From: an uncultured Actinomycetota bacterium
GTDB lineage: Bacteria; Actinomycetota; UBA4738; HRBIN12
Assembly (NCBI GenBank): GCA_963762745.1
Contig: CAVXMB010000002.1
Coordinates: 291,043-355,042 of the forward strand
Length of the DNA stretch: 64,000 nt
Reading direction: 5' to 3'
Part shown: piece by piece, positions 53,064 to 60,784 of the stretch
Numbering within the stretch: the stretch's first letter is position 1
Layout: each line of letters begins with the position of its first letter
Notes under the pieces: generated by a model
Databases searched by the model: none
Seen by the model: only the letters and a program-made list of their open reading frames with translations
Told to the model about the DNA's origin: nothing
Translations under genes and position numbers: made by a program

Positions 53064-53075
53064 CCCGTTCTCGGG

Positions 53076-53306
53076 TCAGACGGGTGGGCGTTCGGTTCCC
53101 GGCCGGTTCGCCTGGCCCGCTTCCTCATCCAGGTCGGCCATGGTCTCGGCGCCGCCCTCGAGGGGCTCGAGCTCGTCCTCGGCCTTCTCGTCGTCCGGCT
53201 TCTCGACCTGCGTGGGCTTCCCGAGTCCGAGCTCCTTGTCCGCGAGCTCGGCCTCTTCGGGCTGGCCGACGTCCATCGTGTCGCGTTCGGATCCCTCGTT
53301 CGTCAT
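53076..53306 (-). CDS. Small highly acidic hypothetical protein (76 aa)
   Basis: MTNEGSERDTMDVGQPEEAELADKELGLGKPTQVEKPDDEKAEDELEPLEGG.. GAGGAGG SD 6 nt upstream of ATG 53306. Confidence 0.45.
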   Translation of the reverse strand: MTNEGSERDTMDVGQPEEAELADKELGLGKPTQVEKPDDEKAEDELEPLEGGAETMADLDEEAGQANRPGTERPPV

Positions 53307-53387
53307 GGTTCGCCTCCTCGGTCGGCTCCATGACCCACGTACCCGGCGGGGTCGGAACGCACACGTCGAGCGCCGGGCGCGCGGAAG

Positions 53388-54980
53388 GTGCAATATCTCC
53401 CGATGCCCGACTCCCGTCGGATCGCCACGGTCCTGTTCTTCGACATCGTCGGCTCCACGCAGGTCGCGGCCCACCTGGGGGACGCCCGATACCGGGAGCT
53501 CCTGTCGCGCTTCTACCGCATCGTCACCCGGAACCTGAAGCGCTTCGGTGGCAAGGAAGAGGATCGTGCCGGCGACGGCTTCTTCGCGACCTTCCCGCAG
53601 CCGTTGCAGGCGATCCGGTGTGCGGCGGTCCTGATCCGTGAGGTTCGCGAGCTGGGGATCGAGATCCGCGTCGGTATGCACACCGGCGAATGCCAAACGC
53701 TCGCCGGGAAGACGCAGGGGATGGCCGTCGTGATCGGCTCACGCGTGATGTCCCTCGGAGGGCCGGGCGAGCTGCTGGTGACGAACACGACGCGAGAGCT
53801 CGTGACCGGTGGCGACCTCTCGTTCGAAGATTTCTCGGCGCACGAGCTGAAAGGCGTTCCGGGCACCTGGCAGGTGTGGGCGGTGACCGCGGTCGACGGG
53901 ACCGAGGTCGGCGGCCCGCTCCGCGGCGAGGACGCCGCGGAGCGGTTGGCGCAGATCAGGCCCGTGCCGGCAGTCCGCCGGCACGGGCGACGGGCGGGCA
54001 TCATCGCGGCGGCGCTCGCAGTGGGCTTGGTGCCGATCGTCTGGCTCGCCACACGCGGCGGAGAGGGGGCGACGCCCGCGACCTCACCCGAAGCTTCCCC
54101 GACGCCGGTCCTCCTGCGCGTCGATGCGGATGCCTACGAGATGACGAGCAGGGTGGCCGATGAGTACCAGAGCCTCCACATGCCCGGTGCCCTCTGGTTC
54201 GACGGATCGACCCTCTGGCAGGCGACCGCGACCGAACTCGTGCGTCGGGATCCCTCGACCGGGAAGGCCGTCGAAGTGCACCCGATCGATGCGTGGAGCC
54301 GGATCGAGCTCGCCTTCGGATCGGCGTGGATCCTGCATCCGGGGTCGGGACACACCACGCTCGAGCGGCTCGACCTCGTCTCCGGCGACGACCAAGCCGA
54401 GCTCGACCTGCCGGGAGACGCGGCGGACATCCGGGCAGGGCCGAGCTCGCTCTGGTACCTCTCGGAGTCGGGCGACCTGGTGGAGATCGATCCGATCGGA
54501 ACGAAGATCCTCCACCGACAACACGTGGACGCCTTCGCACCGGGGCTGGTCGTGCCGTTGCTCGGCGATGTGTGGATCTGCGATTGCATCGTCGGCAAGG
54601 TGCTCCGGTTCGACCCGGGGAAGGGGGAGGTCGTGGACACCTACGAGCTGCCCGAAGGGGGCTACCTGATCGGTGTGGACTCCACGGATCAGACGACCCT
54701 GTGGGTCCTCAACGAGCGAAGCAACACCTTGAGCCAGCTGGATCCGGAGACCAAGGAGCTGGGCGATCCGATCGGCGTCGGCGGCATCATCTACGACGCG
54801 GAGATCGCCTTCGGTGCGATCTGGGTCGCGAGCGGGAGCGAGCTCACCCGCGTGGACATGCAGACCCGGGAGCGCCATCCACCGATCGAGATGCCCGAGG
54901 GCGTCTCGGCCGGCGGCCTGGCCGTCGACGAGGCGGGCGGCACCCTCTGGATCGAGAACTGCGGCTGCCCGACGGAATGA
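53388..54980 (+). CDS. Class III nucleotide cyclase, single TM, extracytoplasmic beta-propeller-like domain
   Basis: IATVLFFDIVGST, GDGFFATF, RVGMHTGE, TM AGIIAAALAVGLVPIVWLA, then propeller-type repeats. The start may be ATG 53403. Confidence 0.8.
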   Translation: MQYLPMPDSRRIATVLFFDIVGSTQVAAHLGDARYRELLSRFYRIVTRNLKRFGGKEEDRAGDGFFATFPQPLQAIRCAAVLIREVRELGIEIRVGMHTGECQTLAGKTQGMAVVIGSRVMSLGGPGELLVTNTTRELVTGGDLSFEDFSAHELKGVPGTWQVWAVTAVDGTEVGGPLRGEDAAERLAQIRPVPAVRRHGRRAGIIAAALAVGLVPIVWLATRGGEGATPATSPEASPTPVLLRVDADAYEMTSRVADEYQSLHMPGALWFDGSTLWQATATELVRRDPSTGKAVEVHPIDAWSRIELAFGSAWILHPGSGHTTLERLDLVSGDDQAELDLPGDAADIRAGPSSLWYLSESGDLVEIDPIGTKILHRQHVDAFAPGLVVPLLGDVWICDCIVGKVLRFDPGKGEVVDTYELPEGGYLIGVDSTDQTTLWVLNERSNTLSQLDPETKELGDPIGVGGIIYDAEIAFGAIWVASGSELTRVDMQTRERHPPIEMPEGVSAGGLAVDEAGGTLWIENCGCPTE

Positions 54981-54981
54981 G

Positions 54982-55566
54982 CTACAGGTGGCCCGGCTCG
55001 TTGCCCGGACGCCACTTGATGCCGCAGCCCACGCTGGGCCGTTGATCGCCCGAGACCTCGCGACCTTCGAGCAGGGCATCGATCGCAGCCCGGAGGTCCT
55101 CGCCGGTCACGGGCACATCGTTGCGCGGGCGGCTCGAGTCGAACTGCCCTCGGTAGACGAGGCGACGTTCGCGATCGAACAGGAAGAAGTCCGGCGTGCA
55201 CGCGGCCGTGTACTCCTTCGCGACCTGCTGCGTCTCGTCGAAGAGGTACGGGAACGTGTACCCGGCCTCGACGGCTTCGGCCGCGAGTCCCTCCGGCGCA
55301 TCCTCCGGGTAGGTGTCCGGGTCGTTGGCGCTGATCGCGACGATCCCGAGCCCGGAGTCGATGTGCTCGCGTGCGAGCGCAGCGATCGCAGGACGGACGT
55401 GCGCGACGTAGGGACAGTGCCGGCAGATGAACATCACCAACAGGCCGGTCCGGTCGTCGAAGTCGGCCAACGTCACCGTCCGACCGGAGACGACGTCGGC
55501 CAGTGAGAAGCCGGGCGCCTCGGTGCCCAGGGGCATCATCGTGGAGGTCACGGCCATCCCGGCCAT
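54982..55566 (-). CDS. Thioredoxin-fold (redoxin/AhpC-TSA-like) protein
   Basis: CRHCPY CxxC motif and the conserved TPDFFLFD block. Confidence 0.8.
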   Translation of the reverse strand: MAGMAVTSTMMPLGTEAPGFSLADVVSGRTVTLADFDDRTGLLVMFICRHCPYVAHVRPAIAALAREHIDSGLGIVAISANDPDTYPEDAPEGLAAEAVEAGYTFPYLFDETQQVAKEYTAACTPDFFLFDRERRLVYRGQFDSSRPRNDVPVTGEDLRAAIDALLEGREVSGDQRPSVGCGIKWRPGNEPGHL

Positions 55567-55567
55567 G

Positions 55568-55996
55568 CTACGCGGGTGCTCGAGGGATGAAGGCCGTGAT
55601 CGAGCCCTCGTCTTCGCTCAGCCGGCGCCGGTAGGCGAACGCCGCCGACGCGCCGCGGAGCGCGGCGTCGAGATCCGGGCTCCAGAAGGGCTCCGTGGAC
55701 GCCGGCGTCCAGGACATGTCCGGTTCCCAGCCGCCGGGTCCCTGGATCGTGATCGCCACGTAGTCGCCCGCGGCGACACCCGCGGGGGCGTCGTCTTGCA
55801 CCGTCACGTTGGAGGCGTTGAGGGTCAGCTCGGCGAGGACGTCGTGATGCAGGAGACCGATCACGATCATCTCGCCGAGCATGCGTATGAATGGCTCGTC
55901 GTCGACGTCCACCTCCCAGAGCGCGGGAGGGCGCTCGACGCGCATGAACGCATGGGCGTTGAGGAGCGCTTCGAGGTCGATCCGTCGCGGCTCCAC
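55568..55996 (-). CDS. Hypothetical protein
   Basis: 142-aa ORF. Its stop lies 1 nt from the start of the thioredoxin-fold gene, so it is probably co-transcribed. I recognise no domain. Confidence 0.5.
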   Translation of the reverse strand: MEPRRIDLEALLNAHAFMRVERPPALWEVDVDDEPFIRMLGEMIVIGLLHHDVLAELTLNASNVTVQDDAPAGVAAGDYVAITIQGPGGWEPDMSWTPASTEPFWSPDLDAALRGASAAFAYRRRLSEDEGSITAFIPRAPA

Positions 55997-56033
55997 GGAA
56001 CGAGTTCTACTCGAGGAGGTCGGTCATCGTGCC

Positions 56034-56039
56034 TATCAT
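56034..56039 (+). promoter_or_regulatory. -10 element (TATCAT) placed for a leaderless transcript
   Basis: TATCAT, then 6 nt, then ATG 56046. Confidence 0.3.
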
Positions 56040-56045
56040 GTCGCC

Positions 56046-56321
56046 ATGAGGGGAGACCGCGTCGAGATCGTTGTGGACATCGGGAACGGCGTCCAGACCT
56101 ACGAGATCGAGGCGACCCGCGCGGGACGGCGCGTGGAGGTGTCCACCGGGCGAGGCATCGTGGAGGTCTCCGAGGTCACCCGCGGCGGGAAGGCGGTCCG
56201 GACAGGGCGCTTCATGTCGGCTCGCGTCGTCGCGTTGGTGGAGCATCCCAACGAGGCGGAGCCGGCGATCGGCAGACCGAAGGGGCGCAGCACCACACGA
56301 GGCCAGTCGTCCCTACTGTGA
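56046..56321 (+). CDS. Hypothetical small protein (91 aa), possibly leaderless
   Basis: MRGDRVEIVVDIGNGVQTYEIEATRAGRRVEVSTGRGIVEVSEV.. The stop abuts the stop of the convergent cyclase gene (TGATCA). Confidence 0.35.
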   Translation: MRGDRVEIVVDIGNGVQTYEIEATRAGRRVEVSTGRGIVEVSEVTRGGKAVRTGRFMSARVVALVEHPNEAEPAIGRPKGRSTTRGQSSLL

Positions 56322-59144
56322 TCAGCCGCCCGTGACGCGCTCGTCGGCGCTTTCGGCCCGGATCTGCGCGAGCCGGTCGAGCGCCCGCCCACTCCAGCCC
56401 GCGATCTGCTGTTCCCCGAGTTCGCTCGAGATGCGGAGCGCGCTCCGGAGATCTTCCTCGCCCTCGTCCAGCCGCCCGAGATCGCGGTAGCAGATGCCAC
56501 GTTCCGCGAGCGCGTCCGCCACCTCCCACCGCGCGCCGAGCTCCTTGAAGATCTCGATCGCGCGGTCGAACCGGGGGATGGCTTCCTCGAGGTTCCCGAG
56601 GTCGGCGTCGAGCCGCCCGCGCTGCACCATGGTCACCGCGACGCTGAAGCGGTCGCCCATCTCATCGGCGAGCTCCCTCGCCTGTTCGATCAGTCCGGCG
56701 GCTTCCTGGGTGTTGTTCTGCTGCGCGAAGTTGATGGACAACGCGGTGAGCGCCCGTACCCGAGCCCACGTGTCGTCGTGCTCCTCCGCGAGCGCGAGCG
56801 CACGACGCCAGATCTGATCCGCCAGGTCGTAGTCCTCCCGCGTCCACGGCACCCAGCCCGCGAACAGCAGCGACCTGGACATCGCCCATGCGTCGTCGAG
56901 CTCGCCGGCCGCCGCGAGCGAGTCGGCCAGGAGCTGCTCGGCCTTGTCGAGGTCTCCGTCGACGTTGATCGCGATGTCGCCCTGGTATCGGAGAGCGAGC
57001 GTGAGCGTCCAGGCATCGTTGAACTTCTCCCCGAGCTCGACCGCGCGCGCCAGCGCCTGGCTCGCGGCCGGGTACTCGCCCAGCCAGTAATGCGCTTCGC
57101 CGGTCCCGGCGAGCGCCCTGCCTTCCCGCGCGACCCAGGAGCTCTCCGGTCCCGCCATCGCGAGCGCCCGCTCGTAGTAGTCGATCGCCGTGCGGCTCTC
57201 CATCCGCCGGCGGGCACGGTCGCCGGCCATGATCAACGCGTCGACCGCTCGGTCCGGCACGCGCCGGTCGGCGGGATCCAGGTCGATCGAGGCGAGCGCG
57301 GCGAGCTCCAGGTGATCGGCCGCGTAGGAGCGGTGCCCGGACTCCATCAACGCGTCCGCGATCCGCTCGTGCAGGCTAAGGCGCTCGCGCTTGGGCAGAC
57401 TCGCGTACGCCACCTCGCGCACGGTCTCGTGACGGAAGCGCCAACGCGAGGCAGCCCTTCCGCCGTCCTCCTGGACGAGGATCTCGGCGTCCTCCAGCCC
57501 ACGGATGTCGTCGGCGTCGGCGTCCGAGATCGTCGCCAGCTCGTCGAGGTCGAAGGAGTAGATGAAGAGAGAGGCACGCCGGGCGAGGTCGCGCAGCCGG
57601 TGACGCAGGCTGTCCAGCCGGGCAGCCACGACGGCCTGCACGGTCGGCGGGAGCGCTCGGCCGGAGCCGGCCGCTCCGTCCTGCCGGGCGCGGAGGACCA
57701 TACCGGTGGTCTCCACGATGAAGAACGGGTTGCCGCCGGTCCGCTCCGCGATCTCGACGGCCTCGGGTTCGCCGACGTGGCCGGCGGCCGCCTCGCGAAC
57801 CAGCTCCACGGCCTCGGCGGCGGGGAGCGGGTCGAGACGGAGCGTGACGGCGTTCACCACACCCGATCCCCACGCCGGCCGTTCCTCCAGCAGCTCCGGC
57901 CGGCCGAGCGCGATCGTGAGCGCGCGCTGCGGGCCGTTCCGCGTCGTGGTGACGACGCGTTCGATCAGATCGAGCATGGGAGGGCGCAGCCCGTGCACGT
58001 CTTCGAACACGAGGACCACGGGTCCGCGGGCCGACAGGCCCTCCACCAGGCTCAGGAATCCGCTCTGGACGTCCTGCACGAACACGGACTCCTCGCGCTT
58101 GGGCGCCCCGAGCCCGATCGTGAGGCCGAGCCGGCCGGCGATCTTCTCCGCCTCGCTCGGATCGCAGCAACCGTCGACGACCTCCTGCAGCCGGCGCATC
58201 GCCTCGTCGGGCGCCATCTCGTCGTCGATGCCGGCGATGTCGCGGACGATCGCGGTGACGGGCGCGAACGTCGCGGTGTCGCCGTACGCCTCCGCGCGCC
58301 CGCGCAGGACGGTGACGTCGTCCCCGAGCCCAGCGATCAGCTCGTCGGCCAGCCGGGACTTGCCCACCCCCGGCTCTCCCAGGATGGAGACGAGGAGCGG
58401 GCTCGAGGTCGCGTTCACCCGCGCGACACTCCCGCGGAGGATGTCCAGCTCGTTCGCGCGCCCGACGAACGGGATCGTGCGACGCGCGGAGCGGGTGGTG
58501 AGCGCCTCCACCGGGTAGGCGAGCAGGGCGTCGGCGAACCCCTTCGCCTGGACCTCCTGCCTCTCGCCGAAGGAGACGGCGTCTTCGGTCAGCGCGTGCG
58601 TGGTCGCACCCATGAGCACCTGTCCCGGCTGCGCCGCCGTCTGCAGACGAGCGGCCGCGTTGACCACCTGGCCGGTGACGAGCAGCTGCCCGGTGGGACC
58701 GACGCCCGTCGCGGCCTCGCCGGTCTCGACCCCGACCCTGACCTCGAGCGGCTCGTCCAGGCCGAGGGATTGCTGGAGGCGATGCATGCGGTCGCGGATC
58801 GCGAGTCCGGCGCGGACGGCTCTGACCGCGTCGTCCTCACTCACGTGCGGGAGCCCGAAGACCGCCATCACCGCGTCCCCGATGAACTTCTCCGGGTGAC
58901 CGCGGAGCGCACGCAGCTCCTCGCTCGCGGCATCGAAGAATCCGCCGAGCACCTCCCGGGCCCGTTCGGGGTCGAGCCGCTGCGCGAGCCCGGTCGAGTC
59001 GACCAGATCCGCGAAAAGGACAGTGACCATCTTCCGCTCCTCGGTGCCCAGCGTCGTGGACAGCGGAGTCCCGCAGTTGGGACAGAAACGAGCACCCTCG
59101 GGAAGGGGCTGGCCGCAGAAGTCGCACTCCATGGCGGTCAGCAT
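56322..59144 (-). CDS. Zinc-ribbon, class III cyclase, AAA/STAND NTPase and TPR multidomain signalling protein
   Basis: CDFCGQPLPEGARFCPNCG; VTVLFADLVDSTG, GDAVMAVFG; Walker A GEPGVGKSRL; C-terminal TPR repeats. The start is uncertain (59144, 59132 or 59210). Confidence 0.85.
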   Translation of the reverse strand: MLTAMECDFCGQPLPEGARFCPNCGTPLSTTLGTEERKMVTVLFADLVDSTGLAQRLDPERAREVLGGFFDAASEELRALRGHPEKFIGDAVMAVFGLPHVSEDDAVRAVRAGLAIRDRMHRLQQSLGLDEPLEVRVGVETGEAATGVGPTGQLLVTGQVVNAAARLQTAAQPGQVLMGATTHALTEDAVSFGERQEVQAKGFADALLAYPVEALTTRSARRTIPFVGRANELDILRGSVARVNATSSPLLVSILGEPGVGKSRLADELIAGLGDDVTVLRGRAEAYGDTATFAPVTAIVRDIAGIDDEMAPDEAMRRLQEVVDGCCDPSEAEKIAGRLGLTIGLGAPKREESVFVQDVQSGFLSLVEGLSARGPVVLVFEDVHGLRPPMLDLIERVVTTTRNGPQRALTIALGRPELLEERPAWGSGVVNAVTLRLDPLPAAEAVELVREAAAGHVGEPEAVEIAERTGGNPFFIVETTGMVLRARQDGAAGSGRALPPTVQAVVAARLDSLRHRLRDLARRASLFIYSFDLDELATISDADADDIRGLEDAEILVQEDGGRAASRWRFRHETVREVAYASLPKRERLSLHERIADALMESGHRSYAADHLELAALASIDLDPADRRVPDRAVDALIMAGDRARRRMESRTAIDYYERALAMAGPESSWVAREGRALAGTGEAHYWLGEYPAASQALARAVELGEKFNDAWTLTLALRYQGDIAINVDGDLDKAEQLLADSLAAAGELDDAWAMSRSLLFAGWVPWTREDYDLADQIWRRALALAEEHDDTWARVRALTALSINFAQQNNTQEAAGLIEQARELADEMGDRFSVAVTMVQRGRLDADLGNLEEAIPRFDRAIEIFKELGARWEVADALAERGICYRDLGRLDEGEEDLRSALRISSELGEQQIAGWSGRALDRLAQIRAESADERVTGG

Positions 59145-59208
59145 AGGGGTGGCCGCCGACCGCTCCCCGGGCCCGAACGGCGTCCCGCCGATGGGAGACT
59201 CGATCGTC

Positions 59209-59781
59209 ATGCAACCCACAACGTTCCGACGCCCCGAGGACTTCCGTGCCTGGCTGGAGCAACATCACGACCGCGAGCCCGAGCTATGGGTCGTCTATTA
59301 CAAGAAGGCATCCGGCAAGCCCGGCATGACGTGGCAGGAGTCGGTGGACGAGGCCCTCTGCTTCGGTTGGATCGACGGCATCCGCAAGCGCATCGACGAC
59401 GAGCGGTACATGAACCGATTCACGCCCCGTCGGGTCGACAGCAACTGGAGTGCGGTGAACATCGGACGTGTCGCCGCCCTCACGGACGCGGGCCGCATGC
59501 ATCCCGCCGGCCTGAAAGCGTTCGAGGCACGGCGCGAGGACCGCTCGGGGATCTACTCCTACGAGCAGCGCGCCAAGGCCGTGTTCGATCCTGCGTTCGA
59601 GGAGCGTTTCCGCGCGAAGAAGAAGGCGTGGGCCTCGTTCGAAGCGATGCCCAGGTCCTACCGGCAGGCCGCGATCCGCTGGGTGATGACCGCCAAGAAG
59701 GAAGAGACTCGGGAACGACGCCTCGCGACGCTCGTCGAGGACTCCGCCGCGGGGAGACGGGTGCCGCCGCTCACGCCGTGA
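59209..59781 (+). CDS. YdeI/OmpD-associated family protein
   Basis: FRAWLEQHHDREPELWVVYYKKASGKPGMTWQESVDEALCFGWIDG. Confidence 0.8.
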   Translation: MQPTTFRRPEDFRAWLEQHHDREPELWVVYYKKASGKPGMTWQESVDEALCFGWIDGIRKRIDDERYMNRFTPRRVDSNWSAVNIGRVAALTDAGRMHPAGLKAFEARREDRSGIYSYEQRAKAVFDPAFEERFRAKKKAWASFEAMPRSYRQAAIRWVMTAKKEETRERRLATLVEDSAAGRRVPPLTP

Positions 59782-59837
59782 CGGCCCCTGGTGCGGGATA
59801 GCCTGCTCGGCAACCAACCGACCACGAGGAGGGATCG

Positions 59838-60245
59838 ATGACGAAGGGCAAGGGCACGCCGGAGGACCCGTGGGTCCTCCAGACACCCAGCGGTCAGTCG
59901 GAGTTCGAGATGCATCGAGACCCGGACGCCGATCCACCGGCGCTCGTGTGCCGTGTGGGCAAGACGGAGCTGCGCTACCACCTGCGGGCGGTCGAGGATC
60001 TGCACGCCATGCTGAAGGCGCACGGAGACTGGATGCCGCTCGGCAACGCGGACGAGCAGAAACCCGCCAAGGAAGGCACCGTGGAGGCGTGGGCACGGGC
60101 GGCCGACAACCCCGTCGGCGGTTGGTACGGCCTGAAGAAGGGCCTCCGTGGCCGGTTCGGGAACTACGTCCCTCCGGTGCTCGAGGTCCTGGGGTTGGCC
60201 GAGGTCGAACATCAACCCCGCAACAATCGGATGCGCGCGATCTAG
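59838..60245 (+). CDS. Conserved hypothetical protein
   Basis: GGAGGG SD. MTKGKGTPEDPWVLQTPSG...NPVGGWYGLKKGLRGRFGNYVPPVLEVLGLAE resembles an uncharacterised actinobacterial family, recalled from memory only. Confidence 0.6.
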   Translation: MTKGKGTPEDPWVLQTPSGQSEFEMHRDPDADPPALVCRVGKTELRYHLRAVEDLHAMLKAHGDWMPLGNADEQKPAKEGTVEAWARAADNPVGGWYGLKKGLRGRFGNYVPPVLEVLGLAEVEHQPRNNRMRAI

Positions 60246-60340
60246 CCGGTCCTCTCTCGGGGATCCCGTCTGCGGTCGGGGAATGACGCGACCGAGAGCG
60301 TGGTTCGACCCAGCATCCACGGGACGAGAAGGAGGCGACG

Positions 60341-60724
60341 ATGAGCGATCCGAAGACGAACACCGAGACGGTTCGCGCGTACTACGAGCTCGCGTTCAAC
60401 GAGGGCAAGCCGGAGGAAGCGGTCGCGAAGTATCTCGGCGACCGGTACATCCAGCACAACCCGCAGGCCGCCGACGGCCCCGAGGCTTTCATCGGGTTCG
60501 TGAACTGGTACCGCGGCGAGTACCCGCAGCTGCACGTCGCGATCAAGCGGACGGTGGCCGAGGGAGACCTCGTCGTCACCCACGGTGTGATCACGACCTC
60601 GCCGGAGGACCGTGGCACCGCAGCCGCGGACATCTTCCGCCTGGAGGACGGCAAGATCGTCGAGCACTGGGACGTGTTGCAGCCCGTGCCCGAGACGGCG
60701 GAGAACGACAACACGATGTTCTGA
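60341..60724 (+). CDS. SnoaL-like / NTF2-fold protein
   Basis: ETVRAYYELAFNEGKPEEAVAKYLGDRYIQHNP...DIFRLEDGKIVEHWDV. Confidence 0.85.
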   Translation: MSDPKTNTETVRAYYELAFNEGKPEEAVAKYLGDRYIQHNPQAADGPEAFIGFVNWYRGEYPQLHVAIKRTVAEGDLVVTHGVITTSPEDRGTAAADIFRLEDGKIVEHWDVLQPVPETAENDNTMF

Positions 60725-60731
60725 AACGGGC

Positions 60732-60770
60732 GGCGGCCCCGGAACGGCCGAAGGCCGTTCCGGGGCCGCC
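60732..60770. terminator. Perfect 18-bp stem / 3-nt loop hairpin between convergent genes
   Basis: GGCGGCCCCGGAACGGCC-gaa-GGCCGTTCCGGGGCCGCC. Confidence 0.6.
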
Positions 60771-60784
60771 GATGAACCTCCCGC

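Noticed and set aside
59208-59211. A second CATG head-to-head start overlap (the YdeI-family gene versus the STAND cyclase), analogous to sodN/sodX.
   Set aside because: The cyclase has better-supported downstream Met starts (59144 or 59132, just before the zinc ribbon), so the overlap is probably not real.
53388-59219. Cyclase genes next to a TA system considered as a Pycsar/CBASS-like cyclic-nucleotide defence island.
   Set aside because: There is no adjacent effector with a cNMP-binding, TIR, patatin or pore-forming domain. The cyclases carry sensory/STAND architectures typical of housekeeping actinobacterial signalling.
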